54,297 nucleotides of DNA, taken from assembly GCA_964565375.1 (NCBI GenBank), contig CAZMEV010000007.1, positions 4,504-58,800 on the forward strand. The letters run 5' to 3'. This document shows, in pieces, positions 16,570 through 25,568 of the stretch. The stretch is from an uncultured Spirochaetaceae bacterium (GTDB lineage Bacteria > Spirochaetota > Spirochaetia > DSM-27196 > SKKC01). Positions within the stretch are counted from its first letter, which is position 1, and every line of letters starts with the position of its first letter. A program made the position numbers and the translations under genes. The notes beneath the pieces are model-generated. The model ran no database searches. It saw nothing but the letters and a program-made list of their open reading frames with translations, and was not told where the DNA came from.

Positions 16570-18104
16570 GATGACACCTCGCCCTGGTCTCTCCGTCGCC
16601 GTCTTCTCAATCGAATCACTCCGACAAGCAGTATCACAAGCGGTATCACGACCGCGTTTACAGACTCCACAATCCAGGCGGTGAACCCCCGTGCATCGGG
16701 GGACTCAATGCGGTCGAGAGCTCCCGGCTGCCGGCTTCGCACGTGGATACTCGCCATTGCGTCCTCGCCAAGAAGCCAGAGGAGAGCCCGTTCAACAAAC
16801 ATGAAATTACCGAAACTCTCGGTATAAAACACAAGATTGCTTGCGAAATCGCTGTCGGCAACTGCCACCAGTCTGGACCCTTCGGAATAGGTATCTTCAG
16901 CCCACCCCGCAATCGCATAAGAACCGAGAGACTCAGGCCGGTTTCGCTCGAGTGCCGCACGGTTATCCGGTTGAAGGTTGATGGGTTCCCCCTGGATCCA
17001 CGCATCCCCGGTGGTAACCACCAGTGGGCCGCTCTGCCCCGTTTCCGGGGAATCCACTCGAAGCGGCGATGGCCAGAAGAAGTCCAGTGATCCCATACCA
17101 ATGGTTACCGGATGCTCGGGATCGGCGTTGCGTGCGTCTGTTGCGATCCACGGCGGATAGGCGACACCTGCAAAACCACCCTCGGTTACAAGCTCATTAT
17201 TCCGAGCGTCCATGAGCGCAAGCGGCTCCACGGTCATGCCCGCCGGCGATAAAACGTGTTCAACGGCAGACAGTGCGGACGCATCTGCCCGCTGACCGTC
17301 GAGAGTCGACAGATCCACATTCAGCCCGTCGGCGGCGATCAAAGCATCGCCCCCATCCTCGAGGAAGGTGCGCAGTGAACGAGCCTGTTGTTCAGTGAGA
17401 TTCCTCGTTCCAAGCAGCACGACCGCGTCGCTGTTTTCGGGTACGCCGGCATCACCGGGTTGCAGTGCGTGTACATCGAAACGGTCTGAGAGTTCGTTTC
17501 TCAGTTCGGCATAATCGACATCGTACGCCTCTCCCTCGGTACCGAGCATAACCGTTATCCGGTATTGCTCGCCCCGGGAGACGTCGAAAAGCGCGTTGGA
17601 CAGCTGGTACTCCAGTTGTTCATGACCGAACAGAAACGGTACCGTCCGTTCACGGCCGAGGTGGCTGATGGTTATACCCGAATACACAGTAGACACCGAG
17701 CCGCGATCCTCACCAGGTACCTGAATCTCCTCGCCACGCAGGCCCGCCGCTTCCGCCGCATCTCCACCGTCACCGCCGGCATCAACAATCTCGACCGAGA
17801 CCATTGCGCCTCCAAGCGAATCATACCGTTGCAGAAGGCGTTCCATGCGAGACGGCTCTTCGGAAATACGGCGAAGTTCATCGCTGACGTAGTAACGAAT
17901 ACGCACCGGCTCATCGAATGATCGCAGAAGGTTCGCGGTCGTATCCGAGAGCGAAAAACGCCGCTCGGGAGTCATATCAAACTGCAGGTCCAGAAGGCTC
18001 GCATTGGCCATTACAAAGATTGCACCGAGCAGAAAGAGGCCGGTAATCATCCACTCGTTTCGACGCAGACGTTTTCGGGGGTGCACATGCGTTCTGTCGT
18101 TCAT
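16566..18104 (-). CDS. GldG-like ABC transporter auxiliary component
   Basis: 512 aa with N- and C-terminal TM anchors and a large periplasmic domain. It follows an ABC-2 permease and an ATPase. Confidence 0.7.
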   Translation of the reverse strand: MNDRTHVHPRKRLRRNEWMITGLFLLGAIFVMANASLLDLQFDMTPERRFSLSDTTANLLRSFDEPVRIRYYVSDELRRISEEPSRMERLLQRYDSLGGAMVSVEIVDAGGDGGDAAEAAGLRGEEIQVPGEDRGSVSTVYSGITISHLGRERTVPFLFGHEQLEYQLSNALFDVSRGEQYRITVMLGTEGEAYDVDYAELRNELSDRFDVHALQPGDAGVPENSDAVVLLGTRNLTEQQARSLRTFLEDGGDALIAADGLNVDLSTLDGQRADASALSAVEHVLSPAGMTVEPLALMDARNNELVTEGGFAGVAYPPWIATDARNADPEHPVTIGMGSLDFFWPSPLRVDSPETGQSGPLVVTTGDAWIQGEPINLQPDNRAALERNRPESLGSYAIAGWAEDTYSEGSRLVAVADSDFASNLVFYTESFGNFMFVERALLWLLGEDAMASIHVRSRQPGALDRIESPDARGFTAWIVESVNAVVIPLVILLVGVIRLRRRRRRDQGEVSS

Positions 18105-18116
18105 GGAATCCCGCCT

Positions 18117-18878
18117 TTAATACCGTCGCGCATTGATGACATGGGTCGTCGCCCGTACACATAACACGATAACCACGAAGAAGTATGTCACATCGGCCAC
18201 CGAAAGCAGCCCGCGCGCCGGTTGCTCATACCGGGCATTGAGGCTGACTGTACGGGCTATGTCCACCGCCGCACCGCCGAGGCCTGCAATAGAAGCAGCA
18301 GCATCGAGAAAACTCAGCACGAGCAGAACCAATGTCGTTGCAACGTAGGCGATCAGCTGATGTGAGCTCAACGCAGACATAAGAAGCCCGACTGCGAACA
18401 TACTCCAGGCCAGAAGTACAAGTGCAGCGAACTGGGTAATCACGAGAGACGCAGGCAACTCTCCGAGAAGGCCTGCGCCGAAGGCCACGGGTATCGCACA
18501 CGCAAGCACAACTACGATAAACAGTGCGAGCGCCGCAAACTTCGCCGAAACTACCGCCCCGGTGGATACCGGCAGGACGGAAAGCACCTCCTGCATACCG
18601 TTCGCCCTTTCGTCAGCGAACGACCTCATAGTCAATGCCGGAATAAGGAACGCAAAAAGCGATGGCCAGATTTCGAAATAGGCATCGAGCGAGGCGATAT
18701 CCCGTTCAACGAAATCGCCTACCCAGAAGAACCATATGGAGGAGAGCGAAAGCATGAGGGCAGCGACGATCCACCCGATTCCGGTATTAGTCAGGCCCAG
18801 CACTTCACGTCGCAATACCGCAAAAAAGCCCGCGCCCGAAGATCCCTTTGCGTCACTGCGAATTACGATATCGTTCAT
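18117..18878 (-). CDS. ABC-2 type permease (GldF-like)
   Basis: 253 aa and polytopic. It overlaps the ATPase gene stop by 4 nt. Confidence 0.75.
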   Translation of the reverse strand: MNDIVIRSDAKGSSGAGFFAVLRREVLGLTNTGIGWIVAALMLSLSSIWFFWVGDFVERDIASLDAYFEIWPSLFAFLIPALTMRSFADERANGMQEVLSVLPVSTGAVVSAKFAALALFIVVVLACAIPVAFGAGLLGELPASLVITQFAALVLLAWSMFAVGLLMSALSSHQLIAYVATTLVLLVLSFLDAAASIAGLGGAAVDIARTVSLNARYEQPARGLLSVADVTYFFVVIVLCVRATTHVINARRY

Positions 18879-19885
18879 GAATCCGATTCCTCAAACGCAC
18901 TCCGTTCCTGACCATTGTGAGAGCCGCCATTACCTGCAGTCAGCCGGCGGAACACCGATTCCAGGCCTTCTCTTGTCCTCTGCAATTGTGAAAGCTTGAG
19001 CCCGTTCCTGACAGCCCAATCGAAGACAACCGTCTCACCGTCCTCCACAGACTCCACAGGCGTGAAACGTACTCGGCTCACCGCTGAATCATCGCTCGAC
19101 GAAATAATGGTTGTCCGCCCGTTAAACGAAGCCAGCGCTCCCTTCAGGGCTTCTCGTGAGGCACCTTTGACTTCGGCCTCCCAGACACCTGGTCCCTGCT
19201 CCCCGAGCAGGGATGCTGCTTCACCATCGGCTACGATACGCCCCCCGTCGAGAATAAGCACGCGATCGGCGACAGCTTCTATTTCCTGCATTATGTGACT
19301 GCTGACTATAACGGTGTGGTGGTGCCCGAGTTCTACAATAAGGCTGCGCAATTCGAATATCTGATTTGGATCAAGTCCGGCACTCGGCTCATCGAGCACA
19401 ATCACTTCGGGCATATGAACGATCGCGCCCGCAAGTGAAAGACGCCGGCGAAACCCCTTGCTGAGATTTCGAATGAGCCGGTGGCGAACACTGTCCACAC
19501 CGCTTCTTTCGACAGCCCGGTCGACCGCAGTAGTCAGGTTATGTTTCTGCACGCCGCAGGCACGGGCAAGGAACGACAGATGTTCATCGACGGTCAGTTC
19601 GCCGTACGCAGGCGCACGCTCGGGCATATAGCCGATATGAGCCCTTGCAGCGACGGGATTCTCGAACATATCGATTCCACATACATGAACCGAGCCGGTG
19701 TCGGGAAGCAGGTATCCGCACAGGACCCTGAGAAAAGTCGTCTTTCCGGCTCCGTTGGGACCGAGAACACCGACTATTCCACTGGCAGGAATTGCACATT
19801 CAATTGCCGAGAGCGCCTCGAGCGAACCAAAGGAAAGGCTTACAGATGACATGTTGGCGGCGGGTTGCCGGGTGGTATCGCTCAT
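18875..19885 (-). CDS. ABC transporter ATP-binding protein (GldA-like)
   Basis: Walker A GPNGAGKTT, signature LSKGFRRRLSLA and Walker B VIVLDEPSAGLD are present. Confidence 0.9.
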   Translation of the reverse strand: MSDTTRQPAANMSSVSLSFGSLEALSAIECAIPASGIVGVLGPNGAGKTTFLRVLCGYLLPDTGSVHVCGIDMFENPVAARAHIGYMPERAPAYGELTVDEHLSFLARACGVQKHNLTTAVDRAVERSGVDSVRHRLIRNLSKGFRRRLSLAGAIVHMPEVIVLDEPSAGLDPNQIFELRSLIVELGHHHTVIVSSHIMQEIEAVADRVLILDGGRIVADGEAASLLGEQGPGVWEAEVKGASREALKGALASFNGRTTIISSSDDSAVSRVRFTPVESVEDGETVVFDWAVRNGLKLSQLQRTREGLESVFRRLTAGNGGSHNGQERSAFEESDS

Positions 19886-19913
19886 AGTTTGTACGTGTCA
19901 CTCCTTTACCGTA

Positions 19914-20852
19914 TCACTCCTTGTACGGAACAGGAATATGCTGCCGGTCACGGGAGAGGAAACTCCCGGAAAACTCGGCCCGCGCTTCCTTCAGAAGTAC
20001 TTTGAGATCGCGGTCGGTGTATCGCGGGCTATAATGAATCAACCCCATTTTTTCAACACCGCCTGCTCGCGCTGCAAGTTTTCCCGCATCGCCGGCGGTC
20101 ATATGGCGTTTTGCGCGGGCGCTGTCACGCATACTTTCATCGAACATACCCTCGCATATCAGAAGATCCGAGTTTGCCACCTCCGCATCGAAGCTCGGAA
20201 GATACTGGCTGTCTGTAAGAAAGGTGACCTTGCGCCCCGGCCGTGTGGGCCCGAGCACCTCGTGGGGGGCAACCACTCGGCCATTCTCGAGAGTAACGGT
20301 TTCACCGCGCTGCAACCGGGCCCACATTGGCCCGCGCGGCACCCCGGCCTCTTCCGCCCGCTCCGGGTAAAAGACGCCGCTTCGGTCATCTTCAATCAAT
20401 GAGTAGCCGACACACGTTCTTGTGTGACGAGCCGGAAAATGGCGAATGTGAAAACCATCTCCCTCATAGAGCACACCCGGTATTGCCGGGTCGTCAATTT
20501 CGCGCACGATGATCTCGTAGTTAATGTACATCTCGAGAATACGCCGGTTTGCCTCCACATACTCTTTCACTCTCGGCGGTCCGTAGATATACAACGGATC
20601 GTCACGATCGACCTGAGCACTGAGCATGAGCATTCCCGGAATGCCGGTCACGTGATCGGCGTGACTGTGGGTGACGAAGATCGCCGAAATCTTTTTCCAC
20701 TTAAGATTCAACTTGCGCAGCGAGACCTGGGAGCCTTCACCGCAGTCGAACAGAAAGAGTTCTCCCTCCCTTCGCAGGAGCATGGAGGTGAGATGACGGT
20801 TCGGCAACGGCATCATACCGCCACAGCCGAGGATAAACGCTTCCATGTTCAT
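19914..20852 (-). CDS. rnz: ribonuclease Z
   Basis: 312-aa metallo-beta-lactamase fold with HSHADH. The N-terminus FILGCGGMMPLPNRHLTSMLL...FLFDCGEG is typical of RNase Z. Confidence 0.85.
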   Translation of the reverse strand: MNMEAFILGCGGMMPLPNRHLTSMLLRREGELFLFDCGEGSQVSLRKLNLKWKKISAIFVTHSHADHVTGIPGMLMLSAQVDRDDPLYIYGPPRVKEYVEANRRILEMYINYEIIVREIDDPAIPGVLYEGDGFHIRHFPARHTRTCVGYSLIEDDRSGVFYPERAEEAGVPRGPMWARLQRGETVTLENGRVVAPHEVLGPTRPGRKVTFLTDSQYLPSFDAEVANSDLLICEGMFDESMRDSARAKRHMTAGDAGKLAARAGGVEKMGLIHYSPRYTDRDLKVLLKEARAEFSGSFLSRDRQHIPVPYKE

Positions 20853-20877
20853 GGTAATGACTGCCGTTCAGGTCCGT

Positions 20878-22071
20878 TCAGTAGGCATCCGGCGCAACAT
20901 CGGCGTCGTAATCGACCCCTGGAATGTCGAATCCGTGGATGGCGAGAAACTCATGGCGATACCCCTCAAGGTCGGTAATCTTATCAAGATTATCCTGATT
21001 CACCTCCTCCCAGATTCGACTCACCTCTTCCTGAACATCCGGGCGGAATTCCCAGTCATCCACGCGAATACGTCCTTCTTCATCGAGCGGCACCTCGGCA
21101 CGGGCTTCCTCGCCCTTTTTCGCATACAGGCGATCGGCAAACAGTCGATACATCTGCTGCGTGCAGTCCTCGTGAAGCCCTTTATCCTTCATAATGCGAA
21201 AGAGAATCGCAAGATACAGTGACACCACCGGAATAACGGCACTGGCGCGGGTCACAACCGCCTTGTTTACCGAAACATACGCTGTTCCCGAGACAGCCGA
21301 AAGATCATTTGTAATACGTGAGGCGGTAGACTCCAGATGGTCTTTGGCGCGCCCGATTGTTCCATGCCGATATACGGGATAGGTAAGCTCAGGTCCGATA
21401 TAACTGTACGCAACGGTCTGAACACCGTCGGCAAGTACGCCGGCATCGGCAAGAGCCTTCATCCACAAGCTCCAGTCTTCTCCACCCATGACCTTGACGG
21501 TGGACTCGATTTCCTCATCCGTGGCCGGCGGTATCGTAACCTGAGTGAGTTCTCCCTGAATGGGATCGAGACTGCGTTCGGTGTACTCCCGTCCGATAGG
21601 TTTGAGGGCACTTCGATAGGTCACCCCGGTATCCGGGTCCGTTCTCACGCCGGAGGCAAGACTGTACACGACAAGATCAACGGTTCCGAAATGCTGACGA
21701 ATCGATTCAATAGCCTGCTGTTTTATCTCGTAGCTGAATGCATCGCCCATAAGGGTTTCGGCAACAAGGCCCTGCTCTCGGAGTCTGCGGTCAAGGTGCA
21801 TTGAGGTATACCAGCCCACCGTTCCGGTCCGCTTCGCCGAAGGCTCGCGCTCGAAGGCAACGTTAATACTCCCGGCACCAGCAGCAAAGCCTGAGATAAC
21901 CCTGCTTGAAAGGCCGTATCCCCCTGAGCCTCCGATAACGAGGACGCGTTTCGGTCCGTCAATTGCCTGCTGCGCACGTGCATATTCTATTTGACCGTCC
22001 ACCCATCGGGCAGCGCCGACAGGATGAGCGTTCATACACAAATTATTCCGAATCATTGGTTTGATGACCAT
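20878..22071 (-). CDS. fabV: enoyl-[ACP] reductase FabV / trans-2-enoyl-CoA reductase
   Basis: MVIKPMIRNNLCMNAHPVGA...KRVLVIGGSGGYGLSSR matches the FabV/TER N-terminus. The start was moved to the ATG at 22071; the maximal ORF reaches 22125. Confidence 0.9.
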   Translation of the reverse strand: MVIKPMIRNNLCMNAHPVGAARWVDGQIEYARAQQAIDGPKRVLVIGGSGGYGLSSRVISGFAAGAGSINVAFEREPSAKRTGTVGWYTSMHLDRRLREQGLVAETLMGDAFSYEIKQQAIESIRQHFGTVDLVVYSLASGVRTDPDTGVTYRSALKPIGREYTERSLDPIQGELTQVTIPPATDEEIESTVKVMGGEDWSLWMKALADAGVLADGVQTVAYSYIGPELTYPVYRHGTIGRAKDHLESTASRITNDLSAVSGTAYVSVNKAVVTRASAVIPVVSLYLAILFRIMKDKGLHEDCTQQMYRLFADRLYAKKGEEARAEVPLDEEGRIRVDDWEFRPDVQEEVSRIWEEVNQDNLDKITDLEGYRHEFLAIHGFDIPGVDYDADVAPDAY

Positions 22072-22151
22072 GAGCGACATGGTAGCCGCATGCACCGCAG
22101 GGAAGCAAGCGGGCTCATCCGGCAACAGATTCGGCCCTCACCTGAGGTGCT

Positions 22152-22261
22152 GTCCCGGACCAGCCATCGTCGAACAGCGTCCTGGACAGCCACCCCGGAC
22201 CCGCCGTCCTGGACCACCCATCCTCGAACAGCGTCCCGGACCAGCCGTGCTGGACCCGCCG
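22152..22261. repeat. degenerate 27-bp (54-bp x2) tandem array carrying GTCCNGGAC palindromes
   Basis: GTCCCGGAC occurs at 22152 and 22233, and GTCCTGGAC at 22179 and 22206, an exact 27-bp spacing. The array lies in the divergent fabV / membrane-protein intergenic region. Confidence 0.85.
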
Positions 22262-22335
22262 TCCCGCCGGGGCAGCAGTTCAGCTCTGTGACTTCTTGCT
22301 CGAAGAGAAGGATACCGCATACGCTTCACACCACC

Positions 22336-22821
22336 ATGAACAAGCGTAATCAAACCTCTGTGCCGAATGCAGTAGCAACGGAAACCACTTTGCTGCTTAC
22401 GCGGCTGCGAGAGGTCGAGCGTCGAATCGGACTGCGTCTTCTCGGATGGTCGCTATTCAGTGTAATTGCGGGGGCAATACTTGTGACCGGATTTGCCGGC
22501 CCGTTCGCCGCAGGTGTGGGAGTTCAGGCCATTGCGTGGGGTGTAATAGACGCTGTGATCGCCGGCCTGGGTCTGCGCGGCTCGAACCGCGGATCGGCTG
22601 ATGCCGACCTCCGTCGGGCCCGCCTCACGAAACTGCTTGGCATTAACACTCTGCTTGATATTCTCTATATATCCGCTGGAGTCGCTCTCTGGCTCATATT
22701 CCCGGGCAACCGGTTCATCTCGGGAAACGGGTTCGGTGTCATTATTCAGGGTGCGTTTCTCTTCGGGTTTGATCTGATCCACATGACGGCAATCAGGCTT
22801 CGGCGCAGTGAAATGCGTTGA
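22336..22821 (+). CDS. small polytopic membrane protein, function unknown
   Basis: The ATG at 22336 gives a 161-aa protein with about 4 TM helices. The longer ORF from 21991 overlaps fabV and runs through the repeat array. Confidence 0.55.
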   Translation: MNKRNQTSVPNAVATETTLLLTRLREVERRIGLRLLGWSLFSVIAGAILVTGFAGPFAAGVGVQAIAWGVIDAVIAGLGLRGSNRGSADADLRRARLTKLLGINTLLDILYISAGVALWLIFPGNRFISGNGFGVIIQGAFLFGFDLIHMTAIRLRRSEMR

Positions 22822-22853
22822 CTCCCCGGTGTCCGCTCCGTATCGTAGTTTCC

Positions 22854-24161
22854 ATGAATATCGCAATGCGGCAGTGGAACGAATTAACGGCGGATGAACG
22901 CAGCAGAATTCTTGGGCGATCGGAAGAGGATATTGACTCGTTCATGGAGGAGACACGGCAACTTGTCGAGAAAGTCCGGATTGAAGGGGACGAGGCCCTT
23001 GCCGAAACAGCAAGGAAATTCGACCACTCGAATGTCCAGGCGGATTTTCTCGCTGTGGGATCCGACGAAGTTGAGCAGGCCTACGAAAAACTCTCGCCTG
23101 AAATGATCGAAACGCTGCGCCACGTTATAGAAAACTGCATGCGCTACCACCGCCCGCAGGAAGTAACGGACATGCGAATAAATGAGATCCGGCCTGGTGT
23201 CCTCGCCGGTGAGAGGACTACGCCGATCGATTCAGTCGGCTTGTACGTTCCCCGGGGACGTGGAAGTTTTCCGAGCATGCTCTATATGCTCGCCGTACCG
23301 GCCATTATTGCCGGAGTTCAGCGCATCGCCGTGGCAACGCCGGCCCTCGAGGACGGTTCGGTCGATCCTGCCTGTCTTGTCGCCGCGGACATATGTGGAG
23401 TCAGCGAAATCTACCGAGTTGGAGGCCCAGCCGTTATCGCAGCATTCGCCTATGGCACTGAGACTATCGCATCGGTAGAAAAAGTCGTGGGACCAGGAAG
23501 TGCAAGAGTTACCGCCGCGAAACGCATTGTTGCCGACCGCATCGACACCGGATCGCCGGCCGGGCCTACCGAAAGCATGATCATTGCGGATTCTGCCGCT
23601 GATCCATGGAAAATTGCCCTTGATCTGTGCATTGAAGCGGAACACGGTCTTGATTCTCAGGCTATTCTCGTTACACCGAGTCGTCCGGTAGCTGAAGCAG
23701 TTGCCGAAATAATTCCCGAAATAGTCTCCGCGCTGCCCGAGCCGAGAAAGGGATTCGTCGAAGCGGTCCTGGGAAATTATGGCGGGATTCTTCTATGCGA
23801 CGACCTCGAAGAGGCGGTAGAAATCGCCAACCGCTTTGCAAGTGAGCATCTTCAAATCCAGACAGAGGATCCGTGGGCAACGGCTTCCGGAATTCGCAAC
23901 GCAGGCGAGATTCTTATCGGTGAGAATATTCCTTTCAGTATGGCTAACTACGCAACCGGGGCAAACGCTGTGCTTCCGACAGGCGGATGGGCACATACAT
24001 ACTCTCCGGTGTCCGTGCATGACTTTGTGAAACGCAGCTCTGTAGTCCACGTGACACCTCAGGGTTACAGAACGCTCGCCGAACACACCGCTCGGATGGC
24101 CGAATACGAAAGCTTCGCGGCGCATGCGGCTGCGATCCGAATGCGGAAACGATCCATGTGA
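22854..24161 (+). CDS. hisD: histidinol dehydrogenase
   Basis: 435 aa with the EAEHGLDSQAILV motif (compare AEHGPDSQ) and a typical HisD C-terminus. The ATG at 22854 was preferred over the TTG at 22818. Confidence 0.9.
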   Translation: MNIAMRQWNELTADERSRILGRSEEDIDSFMEETRQLVEKVRIEGDEALAETARKFDHSNVQADFLAVGSDEVEQAYEKLSPEMIETLRHVIENCMRYHRPQEVTDMRINEIRPGVLAGERTTPIDSVGLYVPRGRGSFPSMLYMLAVPAIIAGVQRIAVATPALEDGSVDPACLVAADICGVSEIYRVGGPAVIAAFAYGTETIASVEKVVGPGSARVTAAKRIVADRIDTGSPAGPTESMIIADSAADPWKIALDLCIEAEHGLDSQAILVTPSRPVAEAVAEIIPEIVSALPEPRKGFVEAVLGNYGGILLCDDLEEAVEIANRFASEHLQIQTEDPWATASGIRNAGEILIGENIPFSMANYATGANAVLPTGGWAHTYSPVSVHDFVKRSSVVHVTPQGYRTLAEHTARMAEYESFAAHAAAIRMRKRSM

Positions 24162-24177
24162 CCCATTCTGGAAGCCA

Positions 24178-25536
24178 ATGAACGACTCCAGGAAACCAGG
24201 CACCATGCACCTTTCGAACGTAGACGCGGGCTTCTCATGGATCGAGTCGTTCACGAACCTCGAGCGTGGTGGCTATCGCCCGCGCGAGTATCGCCTCGAG
24301 CGTATGGCGGAGCTGCTTGAACGGTTCGGCTCTCCTCACGTCGGGATACCGACCATTCATATTGCCGGGTCCAAAGGAAAGGGTTCAACAGCTGCGCTCG
24401 TGGATGCCGGACTTCGCTCACTCGGGTTCCGCTCGGGGATGTACAGCTCGCCACATGTAAGCGATTATCGGGAGCGTATACGCATTAACTCGCAGTTCGC
24501 AGACGAGCGTATTCTGCTGGATCAACTCCAGAGAATCTTTCGCACGATCGAACCGCTGCGGCACCGCACAGATGCTGAACGAAAGCTTCCCACGACGTTC
24601 GAATTGCTTACACTGCTTGCGTTCCTTGTGTTTCAGGCGGAGCGATGCGACTGGATCGTGCTGGAAACCGGTCTCGGCGGACGCCTCGATGCAACCAATC
24701 TGTGCAGACCGGAACTCTGCATAATCACTCCGATCGAGCTGGAACACACTGAGTATCTCGGAAACACACTTCCGGAAATCGCCCGTGAAAAGGCAGGCAT
24801 ATTCAAGCCGGATATTCCCGCTGTCATTTCACCCCAACCCGAGGAAGTAAGTGAAACTCTTTCGATCTGTGCCGGCGAGCGTGGCGCTCCGTTATACCGG
24901 ACGCAGGATCTTGTGGATCTTGAAAACATTTCAACCGGACCTGGTGGAACGAAGGCTGTTCTGAGAGATCGCACACCGGGAACTACGGGCACCGCACAGA
25001 ATGCGTATGCCCTGCAACTATCTCTGGCGGGTACCGCCCAGGCGGAAAACGCCGCCACTGCATTCGCGGCGCTGCGGTCTCTATTTCCCGGGGGCGACCC
25101 TGGAAGGATACTTGACGGATTGAGCAAAGCCACGATTCCCGGTCGTGCAGAGTATATAACGGGAACACCGCCGGTTCTGCTCGACGGGGCTCACACAGCC
25201 GGATCAATGAGACGCCTCGCTGAAACAATCAAGTCTTTGACCGAGCAACCACGGATTCTGATCTTCGGCTCGGTCGAAGGAAAACCGGTCGAGCCCATGG
25301 CGCACGCACTTGACGGCCTCGCGGATCGCGTTATTGTCTCCACACCAGGAACATTCAAACCGTCCAGACCCGAAGCAACCGCTGAGGTCTTTTCCTCCTT
25401 TCAGGCGCCGGTGGAGCTTATGACGGAACCGAAAGCCGCGCTTGATCATGCGCGAACACTTGCAAGAAACGGCGGTTCGATCATCGTAACCGGAAGCTTC
25501 TATATGGTATGCGAAATCCGGGCACTGCTCATATGA
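24178..25536 (+). CDS. folC: bifunctional folylpolyglutamate synthase / dihydrofolate synthase
   Basis: Mur-ligase P-loop IAGSKGKGST and LLDGAHTAGS are present. The ATG at 24178 lies just after the hisD stop. Confidence 0.88.
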   Translation: MNDSRKPGTMHLSNVDAGFSWIESFTNLERGGYRPREYRLERMAELLERFGSPHVGIPTIHIAGSKGKGSTAALVDAGLRSLGFRSGMYSSPHVSDYRERIRINSQFADERILLDQLQRIFRTIEPLRHRTDAERKLPTTFELLTLLAFLVFQAERCDWIVLETGLGGRLDATNLCRPELCIITPIELEHTEYLGNTLPEIAREKAGIFKPDIPAVISPQPEEVSETLSICAGERGAPLYRTQDLVDLENISTGPGGTKAVLRDRTPGTTGTAQNAYALQLSLAGTAQAENAATAFAALRSLFPGGDPGRILDGLSKATIPGRAEYITGTPPVLLDGAHTAGSMRRLAETIKSLTEQPRILIFGSVEGKPVEPMAHALDGLADRVIVSTPGTFKPSRPEATAEVFSSFQAPVELMTEPKAALDHARTLARNGGSIIVTGSFYMVCEIRALLI

Positions 25537-25568
25537 ATCGTCGCCGGCGCAGGAGAAGGGGCTGAATA

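Noticed and set aside
21991-22335. Upstream extension of the membrane-protein ORF, and ORF 22061..22291 (PGPAIVEQRPG... repeats)
   Set aside because: Both overlap the fabV N-terminus on the opposite strand and run through the 27-bp repeat array. Their proline/arginine-rich translation reflects the repeat, not a protein.
22970-22985. gaaagtccgg, resembling the RNase P RNA conserved core
   Set aside because: It lies inside the hisD reading frame (encoding KVRIEG), and none of the surrounding RNase P helices are present.
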